Part shown: in pieces, positions 1 through 9,378 of the stretch | How positions within the stretch are numbered: the first letter of the stretch is position 1 | How the letters are laid out: each line of letters opens with the position of its first letter | NCBI RefSeq assembly: GCF_009931435.1 | Contig: NZ_CP043414.1 | DNA from: Escherichia coli | GTDB lineage: Bacteria > Pseudomonadota > Gammaproteobacteria > Enterobacterales > Enterobacteriaceae | Length of the DNA: 64,000 nucleotides | Strand: one strand, 5' to 3' | Position numbers and translations under genes: made by a program | The notes under the pieces: model-generated | What the model was told of the DNA's origin: nothing | Seen by the model: the letters and a program-made list of their open reading frames with translations, nothing else | The model's database searches: none

Positions 1-1820
1 CTGATGTAGAAAGCATCACCAAAACTGTTGGTTCCTTCGATAAGTGTTCCGGAAGTCGTGGAAGCAATTAATGCGCCGCCGGATTGTTGCTCAACATGCT
101 TAGCCTCACCACCGTCCTGAACCTCCAGAACGCCACCATTATTAAGTCTGGTGGTATCTGTTTTAGCCTCCTTCTGGACAATCAGCTTACCGCCAGCATC
201 AACGGTAGTATTTTTCGCCGTGGTTTTAGCCACTACCGTCAGTTCGCCGGTATTTTCCAGCACAACATAATTAGCCTCCCCTCCGGTAATAGTGAAGTGA
301 GAGAGCTTGTTGTATCCTTCAATATCAGTCCCTGCGCCCGTGTTGGCAACTAAAGCACTGCCCGTCTCCTGGTTAACCCCATGTGCGATACCACCGGTAT
401 AGACAATCAGCGAGCCTCCGGCGCTAATATTGCTGCCAGTTGCCGTACCATCTTTCTCAACAACCTGCCGGCTCCCGGAGGAGATATTTGTCGTGTCAGC
501 TTTCCCGCCGCTCTTGATATTTTGTGTTCCGCTGTTGATATTGGTTCCCGTGGCAATACCATGATTATTTATATTCTGTGTGCCACCATTAATTATGGTA
601 TTTGTCGCGTTTCCGGCTACGTCCATGGTTCCGCCGATATCTATTCGGGTCGCATCAGCTTTAGCATTCGCTAAAACTGACATTGTTCCTTTATCTTTAA
701 TAATTGTCTTGTTTGCCGAACCATATACGTCTAAATGACCACCGTTTTCCAGCAACACATTGTCTGCCACGTTATTGTGAATAGAGAATGCCCCTTCACT
801 ATTCGTACCGCTCACCGTCGACCTGTCAGTCATTGCTTTTAAAGCCGCGCCATCGTGCTGGGTAACATTCGTTGCCGTGCCCTCTCTAACATCAAGCACG
901 CCACCGGAATATATTTCAATAACATTCGAGGTGCTCCTGCTATCAACAATTTGCGTCCCACCAGAATAGATCGTGGTAGTGTGCGCCGTTGACGTGTTTT
1001 GCAGCGTCTGCATTCCTCCATTTTTAATGGTGGTTATTTGTGCAGTGCTTGAATCAACATCCTGTCGACCACCATCTATTGTGGTGTCCAGCGCATGGCT
1101 CTTAATTGTTCTTTGGTCACCTCCATTTTTAATGATAGTGTTTTCTACAATACTCGAATCTACATACTGTCGGCCCCCATCTATTGTTGTGTTCGTTGCC
1201 AGACTTCCTTGTGTGATGTTTTGAGAACCAGATGTATTTATCGTCGTACCGTCAACATGCCCCTGAGCTGTTACTGTTTGTTTACCACCATCAATGACAG
1301 TCCCGTTTGCTCTCCCTCCTTCGACGTATGAATTACCATTCTTAATTATCGTGCCATTGCTGTTACCATCCTTATAAATGTACTGATTGCCACCCTCGAT
1401 TAACGTGCCATTGCTGGTACCACCGTTATAAACTTGCTGATTGCCACTCGCGATTATCGTACCGCTAGAATTCCCACCATTATAAATTACCTGTGTACCC
1501 CCATGAAGGATTGTATTATTAGCTTGCCCCTGATAATTGTTATGGTTTGCTACATCTTGTTGTCCACCCATTTCAATAATACTTCCATTAGACACCCCAC
1601 CAAATACAGTCTGGTGGCCGTGATTAATGATATGAGTATCATTAGTTGTCCCCCGTTCATCTACTATTTGCTCGCCATCCACAGTTTCACCATTTACGAT
1701 ACCAGTAACGATTGATGTGAAAGCAGCCTCTCCAGGCTGGGCATATATCAAGGCAGATATCAATAAGGAAAGTACTGAACGGCGAAAATAATAGCGACTG
1801 GTCCTGTTCATAAATTTCAT
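1..1820 (-). CDS. AIDA-I/YcgV-type autotransporter adhesin; signal peptide plus passenger repeats. Only the 5' part is present because the ORF runs off the left edge.
   Basis: I translated the minus strand from the ATG at 1820: MKFMNRTSRYYFRRSVLSLLISALIYAQPGEAAFTS... About 600 codons follow with no stop, down to base 3 (...SGTLIEGTNSFGDAFYI). The repeats are about 19-20 aa of the form GG.Q.V..GG.A..T.I, typical of beta-helical passenger domains. The ORF is missing from the ORF track because no stop lies inside the window. Its position next to ymgG corresponds to the K-12 ycgI pseudogene locus. Confidence 0.85.
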   Translation of the reverse strand, partial: MKFMNRTSRYYFRRSVLSLLISALIYAQPGEAAFTSIVTGIVNGETVDGEQIVDERGTTNDTHIINHGHQTVFGGVSNGSIIEMGGQQDVANHNNYQGQANNTILHGGTQVIYNGGNSSGTIIASGNQQVYNGGTSNGTLIEGGNQYIYKDGNSNGTIIKNGNSYVEGGRANGTVIDGGKQTVTAQGHVDGTTINTSGSQNITQGSLATNTTIDGGRQYVDSSIVENTIIKNGGDQRTIKSHALDTTIDGGRQDVDSSTAQITTIKNGGMQTLQNTSTAHTTTIYSGGTQIVDSRSTSNVIEIYSGGVLDVREGTATNVTQHDGAALKAMTDRSTVSGTNSEGAFSIHNNVADNVLLENGGHLDVYGSANKTIIKDKGTMSVLANAKADATRIDIGGTMDVAGNATNTIINGGTQNINNHGIATGTNINSGTQNIKSGGKADTTNISSGSRQVVEKDGTATGSNISAGGSLIVYTGGIAHGVNQETGSALVANTGAGTDIEGYNKLSHFTITGGEANYVVLENTGELTVVAKTTAKNTTVDAGGKLIVQKEAKTDTTRLNNGGVLEVQDGGEAKHVEQQSGGALIASTTSGTLIEGTNSFGDAFYI

Positions 1821-2414
1821 CCTCTGAAAAGTGAATACTGAGTAGCGGGTAAGCGACCTTAGCTCTGCTGCAACATCGGCCCACAGGCACCAGACCAGGG
1901 GATTCATCCTTAAGAGACAGCGCAAGTGTATTGTGTTCACCGCTCATCAAAGACATCATGATGAAATGATGATATTCCGCATAAGAAAGAGGCATTTTTA
2001 GACGCATCGCGCTGAAGTGTGGTTGAATAAAAATTAATCTTTTCAGATAAGACTGTCGTACGCTTATTCTGCGAAAATAAGGCCGTCGGCAAAGTAAAAT
2101 GACTCACATAATTGTTTCTGATGAATATCTTCTACTCACATGAATATTACACAATAATATTGATGCATCAGATTATCTTACCTTTACAACATCACGTTAA
2201 CAGCCAATGACACTTCTTGAATAAAAATATTGTCAATCAAAGAGTTATTTTTTATTTAAGATTATTCTCATTCAAGTAAAAGACATAATTCCTATCATCA
2301 CAGCCACGCTCATTTTGAATTATCTGAATAATAGCGAGCGTTCTTTAGTTAAGCAGGTCTTAATTGAAGACGAAATTATTGTGTGTGCAACTTACTTAAT
2401 ACCGGACATCTAAG

Positions 2415-2759
2415 TTGAAGAAAAAAATACTCGCCTTCGGGCTTATCTCAGCATTGCTCTGCTCCGCGCCAGCCATGGCGGATATGAATCGCACCACAAA
2501 AGGTGCACTACTTGGTGCAGGCGTTGGTTTACTTACTGGCAATGGCGTTAATGGCGTACTGAAAGGTGCAGCTGTTGGCGCTGGCGTTGGTGCAGTAACA
2601 GAAAAAGGCCGCGACGGCAAAAATGCGCGCAAAGGTGCAAAAGTGGGTGCCGCCGTTGGTGCTGTCACTGGCGTTCTGACCGGCAATGGCCTTGAAGGGG
2701 CGATTAAAGGTGCCGTAATTGGCGGTACGGGTGGTGCAATTCTGGGTAAAATGAAATAA
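2415..2759 (+). CDS. ymgG: YmgG, a glycine-zipper small secreted/membrane protein
   Basis: 114-aa ORF with a TTG start. Signal peptide [22 protein letters not shown], followed by Gly/Ala-rich GxxxG-type repeats. Matches remembered E. coli YmgG. Confidence 0.9.
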   Translation: MKKKILAFGLISALLCSAPAMADMNRTTKGALLGAGVGLLTGNGVNGVLKGAAVGAGVGAVTEKGRDGKNARKGAKVGAAVGAVTGVLTGNGLEGAIKGAVIGGTGGAILGKMK

Positions 2760-2768
2760 GGAATGATG

Positions 2769-3098
2769 ATGAAAAAATTTGCTTTACTGGCGGGTCTGTT
2801 TGTTTTCGCACCAATGACCTGGGCGCAGGACTACAATATTAAGAACGGTTTGCCGTCAGAAACCTATATTACTTGCGCAGAAGCCAACGAAATGGCAAAA
2901 ACTGACAGCGCACAAGTTGCAGAAATTGTTGCGGTAATGGGTAATGCCAGCGTTGCCAGCCGTGATTTAAAAATTGAGCAATCTCCGGAACTGAGCGCCA
3001 AAGTGGTAGAAAAACTGAACCAGGTTTGCGCTAAAGACCCGCAAATGCTGTTGATCACGGCAATTGATGACACCATGCGTGCTATCGGCAAAAAATAA
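2769..3098 (+). CDS. ymgD: YmgD periplasmic protein
   Basis: ORF 2763-3098. Signal peptide ending APMTWA/QD. Matches remembered YmgD (109 aa from the third Met). The start could also be 2763 or 2766. Confidence 0.88.
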   Translation: MKKFALLAGLFVFAPMTWAQDYNIKNGLPSETYITCAEANEMAKTDSAQVAEIVAVMGNASVASRDLKIEQSPELSAKVVEKLNQVCAKDPQMLLITAIDDTMRAIGKK

Positions 3099-3111
3099 TA
3101 TTTCGTCTGTT

Positions 3112-3136
3112 ACCGCGTCGATTGATTCGACGCGGT
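3112..3136 (+). terminator. Stem-loop downstream of ymgD
   Basis: accgcgtcga-ttgat-tcgacgcggt forms a perfect 10-bp stem 14 nt after the ymgD stop. The downstream T-tract is weak. Confidence 0.5.
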
Positions 3137-3273
3137 GGTTGTATATAGTTCTACAATGAAACATCACACCCGCCAATACGCCCTCACAACAACAAGCAAA
3201 GCAATTTAATCGGCATTAAACCACAAATACAACAATACTTATTACTATATAGCGGCTATAGCATAAAGAAAGA

Positions 3274-3492
3274 TTAGTGCTGATCCCTGTGGCTAACGAG
3301 TTTTTCCCTTACTCGATTAACCAGATTGATCGCCAGCCAAACAAGGGCATTCAGCAAATTTATCGTCACAAGCACTTCTCCAAGCCCAGTACTGGGTTTT
3401 GCGATAAGGATGACCAGCAAGGTGATCAGCATAAATGCAATGGAAAAGATGATATAGAGAGTGAAATAATCCAGATTATTACTATTGTTCAT
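3274..3492 (-). CDS. ymgF: YmgF small inner-membrane protein
   Basis: The ORF track gives 84 aa. Remembered YmgF is the 72 aa starting MNNSNNLDYFTLYIIFSIAF... (ATG at 3492). Two hydrophobic helices. Confidence 0.85.
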   Translation of the reverse strand: MNNSNNLDYFTLYIIFSIAFMLITLLVILIAKPSTGLGEVLVTINLLNALVWLAINLVNRVREKLVSHRDQH

Positions 3493-3623
3493 GCTACTAA
3501 TGGCAATCCTGTCAAAACTTTCAAACAATTATAGCAAACAAAATAATGAACAATAGTAACAAGACGCAACGAGCTAATTAGCTGTCTATAATTACACCGC
3601 ACCATGGTCTTAATGATCAATTT

Positions 3624-5147
3624 TTACTCAATCATAACCTTCACCTTCGGTTTAGAAAGGATAATTTTAACCAGGTCGATGTAGGTTACCGGTTTATAGA
3701 AATAATAACCCTGCTGAAATGTGATGTTGTTTTGATTCAGATAATCAAGTTGTTCTTTTGTTTCGACACCTTCAGCGACGATACTGATCGAAAGTTTACG
3801 AGCCAGATCCAGTACACAATCCAGAATCCTGGTTGATTCCGGGTCTGCATTGACACGACCAACAAAACTGTGATCAATTTTAATATAATCAATATGCAGA
3901 TCATGCAGATAAGAAAGCCCTGAATAGCCAGTACCAAAATCATCCAGTGCGATGACAAAACCATTTTCATGCAGAATGTTCAACCGCTGAACCAGACTTT
4001 CATCAACATTTAATGATTCACGCTCGGTCACTTCCAGAACGAGGTTTAAATCGCGGCGGGTAAAACTGTCACGGAAAATTAAGCACTCGTCGACAAACGT
4101 CGGCGAAATAATATGCGAGGCACTAAAATTAATTCCGATATGAAAACCTTCCGGCAATTTACTCGCGATAGCGTTCATCTGTGTGACAACCTGATTCATC
4201 AGACTTTGTGTAAGCGGAACAATTAATCCAGATTTTTCAGCAAGTGGAATAAATGCCGCGGGTGAGATATATTTGCCGTGAGGTTGTTTCCAGCGGGCTA
4301 ATACCTCAACTCCCCGCAATGTACCTTCCCGACCATTTACCACAGGTTGGTAAAAAGGGACAATCTCACCATTACTTATTGCCCGTCGCAGGACCTCTTC
4401 AGGCGTTGCGCTTTTATTAAAATACTTATCAAGCAGGTAGGCTGCGGCGCAGGCAATTAACAGAATGAATATCAAAACCCCTACGCCATTATCGATAAGT
4501 CTGTAGAAGCTAAAGAATGGTGGTGGGTTAAAGATAATAGTGAAATGATATCTTGTGGAGTGAACCTTCTCAGTATAAGGATAGTGTCCATTAAGCGTCA
4601 TCACGTCACCGGTAGGTCCAATAATGTCATCCGCTACGCGTAATGCATACCTTACCCCTTTCAAGGGCACATTAAGCGCTCCACGAATATGCTGATCACT
4701 TATCGTGACCAAAATACGCGTGTCTGCAAATTGGCTCTGATAGAGCAGGATAGGCAATCTATTGACGGTGTCGATTGCCGGAGCCAACAATAAATTACTG
4801 TCAGGGAAAGCAGGAATACGAGACAGCAGGACTCGATTCCCCGGCAAGGATGTACACCAGACCATTCCGCGTTTGAGAATGATGATTGTGCGCAAGTGAG
4901 GTTTCAGAGCTGCTTCGGTGCCAAGCTGATATTGCTCCTCGAGGTCGCATTCCTTCCCGGCAATGTTAACCGCCGCTTGAGTCGCCTGTGACGCTTCTTC
5001 AAGTATGTGATTGATATTGTTGACAGCATATCTCGCTCCCGCCATATATGCTGCTTTTGCGGAATACCAGAGCTGGATATTCAAAATAGCGACACCGGTT
5101 ATAAACAAGCATATCGCAACGAGGATGGGTATGAGTGTATTGCGCAT
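3624..5147 (-). CDS. pdeG: c-di-GMP phosphodiesterase PdeG (YcgG); membrane sensor domain plus EAL domain
   Basis: 507 aa. N-terminal TM helix, periplasmic region, second TM helix, then a C-terminal EAL domain (EVLARW, LEVTERE, DDFGTGYSGLSYL, VAEGVET). Confidence 0.92.
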   Translation of the reverse strand: MRNTLIPILVAICLFITGVAILNIQLWYSAKAAYMAGARYAVNNINHILEEASQATQAAVNIAGKECDLEEQYQLGTEAALKPHLRTIIILKRGMVWCTSLPGNRVLLSRIPAFPDSNLLLAPAIDTVNRLPILLYQSQFADTRILVTISDQHIRGALNVPLKGVRYALRVADDIIGPTGDVMTLNGHYPYTEKVHSTRYHFTIIFNPPPFFSFYRLIDNGVGVLIFILLIACAAAYLLDKYFNKSATPEEVLRRAISNGEIVPFYQPVVNGREGTLRGVEVLARWKQPHGKYISPAAFIPLAEKSGLIVPLTQSLMNQVVTQMNAIASKLPEGFHIGINFSASHIISPTFVDECLIFRDSFTRRDLNLVLEVTERESLNVDESLVQRLNILHENGFVIALDDFGTGYSGLSYLHDLHIDYIKIDHSFVGRVNADPESTRILDCVLDLARKLSISIVAEGVETKEQLDYLNQNNITFQQGYYFYKPVTYIDLVKIILSKPKVKVMIE

Positions 5148-5342
5148 TCGCTTGTCCCGGACTAAGGATTTTAATACATGAAAATGACGTTCATTCGCTC
5201 GTGCTGGCGTCTAAAGAGAGCATGGTAGAGAGCATAAGAAATATCCACGCCGAAGATAAAATTTTCTCCATCGTCATCTAACCTATTAATTATTGTGCTT
5301 AATGTGGGTAAAATTAAGCAAATCTGGCAGGATGTCAGACGT

Positions 5343-5374
5343 CAAGAATGGAGAACAATAGTTCTCCATTCTTG
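5343..5374. other. Perfect 14-bp stem-loop between the ymgC stop and the pdeG start
   Basis: caagaatggagaac-aata-gttctccattcttg. Only TTT follows on the + strand, and there is no U-run on the minus strand. Confidence 0.5.
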
Positions 5375-5480
5375 TTTAACCCCTGATATTCCGGATATAT
5401 TAAGAAACATAACGACTTAAATTATTACTTTGCACCAGCATATGATACAGCTGATGGTAATTTTAAAACCTTACTCAGTT

Positions 5481-5729
5481 CTAAGAGAGCACGGATTCCC
5501 TGTCATTAATAATGACATCCGTTAGTGTTGTCTTATGCAATTCAATGTACTGCAAAATTTGCAGGTAGAGATCAGAAAGAATCACACTCGTTTCATCTTT
5601 TAAACGCAAGCGTAAAGCCTGATCAAGAATATGACTATTAACATACCCATGCGCCATGAACACCTCCCTCTCGAGATTTTTAAATAAAGCACATTGAAAA
5701 ATAAATCTCTCGGGAATTGAATTATTCAT
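5481..5729 (-). CDS. ymgC: YmgC
   Basis: 82-aa ORF, the last gene of the ycgZ-ymgA-ariR-ymgC cluster. Sequence and position match remembered YmgC. Confidence 0.85.
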   Translation of the reverse strand: MNNSIPERFIFQCALFKNLEREVFMAHGYVNSHILDQALRLRLKDETSVILSDLYLQILQYIELHKTTLTDVIINDRESVLS

Positions 5730-5849
5730 GTCAGCCTCGTAAAAATATCAATCCAATAGAATTATGCTGTGTATAGTCTAAGCGACAGACAAAAATAAGA
5801 TGAATGAGTTTTCTATAAACTTATGCTAGTTATACTAAACAATAAAAAG

Positions 5850-6116
5850 TCACATATCATCAGCTGTGTATCGCAACACGATTTCCAGTGTTTTTCTAAT
5901 CACATCAGCTTTGAGAATATCACTTGTTGTTTCCAGAGAGTGTATCAGACTTAAGATAATATTTTTATTATTAACATTATCGCCTGAAAGCATTAAATTG
6001 GTCACAGCCTGCCCTAACACAGCTGACTCTTCTTCTAACAAATTACCCGAACTGCGAAAGTAGCTTGATAACGCTTTATCAGTTATTGCATTATGAATTG
6101 TAGTATCTTCAAGCAT
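5850..6116 (-). CDS. ariR: AriR (YmgB), a regulator connector for biofilm and acid resistance
   Basis: 88 aa, [62 protein letters not shown]..., matching remembered AriR. Confidence 0.92.
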   Translation of the reverse strand: MLEDTTIHNAITDKALSSYFRSSGNLLEEESAVLGQAVTNLMLSGDNVNNKNIILSLIHSLETTSDILKADVIRKTLEIVLRYTADDM

Positions 6117-6144
6117 GGTAACCTCTCATCTTACTTATGAAATT

Positions 6145-6417
6145 TTAATGTATTCTGTTTATTTTCTTACCATTGAACATACTTTTATTGTCAGCTATCG
6201 CTGTTCTTCTGTTTGGCCCTCCTGTATCACTGTTGCTAAAATCACGAATTATGCTGTCAATTAAATCTCGTCGGAAAGCATTTTCCTCAGCCGATTTCAT
6301 TACGAGTAATTGCTTAATAAGAGTCTGCAACGAAAAATTTATCTTCATGCGTAATATCTGGAGCACCGCCTGGCCAGTAATTTCATGTTTTATACTTTCA
6401 TTATCAGATGTCTTCAT
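6145..6417 (-). CDS. ymgA: YmgA connector protein
   Basis: 90-aa ORF between ycgZ and ariR. Sequence and synteny match YmgA. Confidence 0.88.
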   Translation of the reverse strand: MKTSDNESIKHEITGQAVLQILRMKINFSLQTLIKQLLVMKSAEENAFRRDLIDSIIRDFSNSDTGGPNRRTAIADNKSMFNGKKINRIH

Positions 6418-6459
6418 AACGACTTCATAGTTAATCTGTCAAATAATCAGGCTGTCACA

Positions 6460-6696
6460 TTATTCAAAAAGCAACCCAATTAGTGAATTGTAGTGTTTCT
6501 GTTCCTCTTCCCCTGTCGCTTGCTCCAGTCGACAAAGAAGTTTGGTACAAAGCGACTTTCGACTCAGATTACGTCCATCTTTCAAAATTTCAGTCACAAT
6601 TTCCCCGAGGGTTTCCTGCTGAGTAGGCAAGTTAGCTTTTGCAAAGTAACGAGTAATTGCCCCCGCAGAATCTGAAATCACTGAATTTTGCTGCAT
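6460..6696 (-). CDS. ycgZ: YcgZ connector protein
   Basis: 78-aa ORF, first gene of the operon, divergent from bluF. Confidence 0.88.
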   Translation of the reverse strand: MQQNSVISDSAGAITRYFAKANLPTQQETLGEIVTEILKDGRNLSRKSLCTKLLCRLEQATGEEEQKHYNSLIGLLFE

Positions 6697-6751
6697 GCTA
6701 CGCCTCTATTAAAAATGTTAAACGTTGTTAAGTGCAGTAACAATAGCAAAC

Positions 6752-6771
6752 TTGTACGAAATATGTGTACA
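6752..6771. promoter_or_regulatory. Candidate BluR (MerR-type) operator in the ycgZ promoter region
   Basis: TTGTACg-N8-TGTACA lies about 55-75 nt upstream of the ycgZ start on the minus strand. The same TGTACA core recurs upstream of bluR and ycgX. Confidence 0.4.
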
Positions 6772-7009
6772 GAATGATAAATTATTTTTTTGCAATTAGT
6801 GCTAACACCTATAAAACAATGAGATACGTAAAAATTATTTGCATCATTTGACTGACAACCTATACAAGATTCCAAACGAACTCATCTTCAACTTTTTCCA
6901 CCTTTTATAAATGTAAAGAAACAGTTATGTTTTGGTATTAAAAGAAAGACACAAGCAGATATGTCTGTTACCGTCTTACTCTCGCCTCGCCCATTACCCT
7001 GGATTGTTA

Positions 7010-8221
7010 ATGCTTACCACCCTTATTTATCGTAGCCATATACGTGACGACGAACCTGTCAAAAAAATCGAAGAAATGGTTTCGATAGCAAATCGCAGGA
7101 ACATGCAGTCTGACGTAACAGGGATCTTACTGTTTAATGGTTCTCATTTTTTCCAGCTTCTGGAAGGTCCGGAAGAACAGGTTCAACTGATATATCGGGC
7201 CATATGCCAGGATCCACGGCATTATAATATTGTTGAACTGTTGTGCGATTACGCGCCTGCTCGCCGTTTTGGCAAAGCAGGAATGGAATTATTTGATTTA
7301 CGCCTGCACGAGCGAGATGACGTTTTACAGGCCGTATTCGACAAGGGTACATCAAAATTTCAGCTAACTTATGATGACAGAGCGCTACAATTTTTTCGTA
7401 CTTTTGTCCTTGCAACCGAACAAGCAACCTATTTCGAGATCCCTGCCGAAGACTCCTGGCTTTTTATCGCTGACGGTTCTGATAAAGAACTTGATTCCTG
7501 TACCCTTTCACCAACTATAAACGACCACTTTGCCTTTCATCCTATTGTCGATCCCTTATCGCGGCGAATAATCGCTTTTGAAGCCATTGTGCAAAAAAAT
7601 GAAGATAGCCCATCAGCTATAGCGGTTGGGCAGCGTAAAGACGGGGAAATCTACAAAGCGGATCTCAAAAGTAAGGCACTTGCATTCGCGATGGCACACG
7701 CACTTGAGCTCGGTGATAAAATGATTTCAATCAATCTATTACCTATGACCCTGGTTAACGAGCCTGACGCGGTCTCTTTTTTACTTGATGAAATAAAGGC
7801 CAATGGTTTGGTGCCTGAACAAATTATCGTGGAATTTACTGAAAGTGAGGTCATATCTCGGTTTGATGAATTTGCCGATGCTGTTAAATCACTTAAGGCT
7901 ACCGGTATGAGTGTAGCAATTGACCATTTTGGCACAGGTTTTGCTGGTTTGTTACTCCTGTCACGCTTCCAGCCTGACAGAATTAAAATCAGTCAGGAAT
8001 TGATTACCAATGTTCATAAAAGCGGGCCTCGGCAGGCAATTATTCAGGCGATCATAAAATGCTGTACATCACTTGAAATTCAAGTCTCTGCGATGGGTGT
8101 GGCAACACCAGAAGAGTGGATGTGGCTTGAATCTGCAGGAATTGAGATGTTTCAGGGAGATCTGTTTGCCAAAGCTAAATTGAATGGTATCCCTTCAGTT
8201 GCGTGGCCGGAGAAAAAATAA
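7010..8221 (+). CDS. bluF: BluF (YcgF), a blue-light sensor with a BLUF domain plus a degenerate EAL domain
   Basis: N-terminus MLTTLIYRSHIRDDEP...FNGSHFFQLLEGPEEQV (BLUF), with an EAL-like C-terminus (EFTESEV, DHFGTGFAGL). 403 aa from the ATG at 7010. I judge the ORF-track TTG at 6932 to be an upstream extension. Confidence 0.92.
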   Translation: MLTTLIYRSHIRDDEPVKKIEEMVSIANRRNMQSDVTGILLFNGSHFFQLLEGPEEQVQLIYRAICQDPRHYNIVELLCDYAPARRFGKAGMELFDLRLHERDDVLQAVFDKGTSKFQLTYDDRALQFFRTFVLATEQATYFEIPAEDSWLFIADGSDKELDSCTLSPTINDHFAFHPIVDPLSRRIIAFEAIVQKNEDSPSAIAVGQRKDGEIYKADLKSKALAFAMAHALELGDKMISINLLPMTLVNEPDAVSFLLDEIKANGLVPEQIIVEFTESEVISRFDEFADAVKSLKATGMSVAIDHFGTGFAGLLLLSRFQPDRIKISQELITNVHKSGPRQAIIQAIIKCCTSLEIQVSAMGVATPEEWMWLESAGIEMFQGDLFAKAKLNGIPSVAWPEKK

Positions 8222-8340
8222 TTTTCAGCACATTATTTCACATGATTTCTGGAAATCATCGTGAAAATGAATACGTTATGTTTTAATTTAATCCACATTA
8301 AAAATAATGTTTTATCCAATTTAGCTGAAATCTTATTTAT

Positions 8341-8374
8341 ACTTTGTACAATTTTAGCGTATATTGTACAAAGT
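8341..8374. promoter_or_regulatory. Perfect 12-bp inverted repeat upstream of bluR; candidate MerR-type operator
   Basis: actttgtacaat (8341-8352) and attgtacaaagt (8363-8374) are exact reverse complements separated by 10 bp. A third TGTACA lies at 8387-8392. The repeat sits 52-85 nt upstream of the bluR GTG. Confidence 0.55.
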
Positions 8375-8425
8375 ATTATTGGGTCGTGTACAGGCGACGG
8401 AGATTTATGAGCGCAAGGAGGAATT

Positions 8426-9157
8426 GTGGCTTATTACAGCATTGGTGATGTTGCTGAACGTTGCGGGATTAATCCTGTCACTCTCCGGGCCTGGCAACGC
8501 CGCTACGGTTTGTTAAAACCACAGCGCAGTGAAGGCGGACACCGACTCTTTGATGAAGAAGACATACAACGCATCGAAGAGATCAAGCGTTGGATAAGTA
8601 ATGGCGTCCCTGTAGGCAAAGTTAAAGCATTACTGGAAACCACCAGCCAGGATACGGAAGATGACTGGAGCCGCCTGCAAGAAGAGATGATGTCAATTCT
8701 TCGTATGGCTAATCCTGCCAAACTACGCGCGAGAATTATTTCACTGGGTCGAGAGTACCCGGTAGATCAATTGATTAATCATGTTTACCTTCCTGTTCGT
8801 CAGCGTCTCGTGCTTGATCACAACACCTCCCGCATTATGAGCAGTATATTTGACGGCGCATTAATTGAATACGCAGCAGCCTCACTTTTCGAAATGCGCC
8901 GTAAGCCCGGTAAAGAAGCCATTCTAATGGCGTGGAATGTTGAAGAGAGAGCACGATTGTGGCTGGAAGCATGGCGTTTATCATTGTCAGGATGGCATAT
9001 TTCTGTCCTTGCTGATCCCATTGAATCGCCGCGCCCGGAACTGTTCCCGACGCAAACATTGATTGTCTGGACAGGCATGGCACCAACGAGAAGGCAAAAC
9101 GAACTTTTACAACACTGGGGTGAGCAAGGTTATAACGTCATCTTTCATGCCCCCTAA
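8426..9157 (+). CDS. bluR: BluR (YcgE), a MerR-family repressor
   Basis: 243 aa with a GTG start. Mer[43 protein letters not shown]. Confidence 0.92.
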   Translation: MAYYSIGDVAERCGINPVTLRAWQRRYGLLKPQRSEGGHRLFDEEDIQRIEEIKRWISNGVPVGKVKALLETTSQDTEDDWSRLQEEMMSILRMANPAKLRARIISLGREYPVDQLINHVYLPVRQRLVLDHNTSRIMSSIFDGALIEYAAASLFEMRRKPGKEAILMAWNVEERARLWLEAWRLSLSGWHISVLADPIESPRPELFPTQTLIVWTGMAPTRRQNELLQHWGEQGYNVIFHAP

Positions 9158-9378
9158 TTTCACCTTTATCCCGCCCCTTAGACAGAATCTTATAATCTGA
9201 ACCCACAACAGCGTTTGTACCGGAGCTGATCCGTTGCAAAATGCTCACCGGGAGAATTCAGGTAACCCCCCCTTTCACACTTTGTACATATCACAGCCAA
9301 AGGACAGACCAGCTTGAAGTGAGAAAACCGATCGTGCACACTACGCACTCTCACAACTAACAAAAGGTTATTATCCTG

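Noticed and set aside
84-1715. Series of 60-97-aa + strand ORFs, and an 839-1021 minus-strand ORF, at the left end
   Set aside because: The uninterrupted minus-strand frame that starts at 1820 encodes a convincing autotransporter passenger domain. The listed ORFs are off-frame or antisense artefacts of its repetitive sequence.
2396-2686. 96-aa Pro/Ala/Thr-rich ORF antisense to ymgG
   Set aside because: It is the mirror image of the Gly/Ala-rich ymgG codons, and ymgG has a signal peptide and a known homologue.
6932-7009. Upstream-extended starts in the ORF track. Examples: bluF 6932, mfd 38985, lolD 36533, comR 44103, nagK 34478, pepT 28438, mnmA 20423, ycfH 56319, ycfP 47951, ndh 46973.
   Set aside because: These are longest-ORF extensions using alternative start codons. 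The internal starts reproduce the remembered E. coli N-termini and avoid large overlaps with upstream genes.
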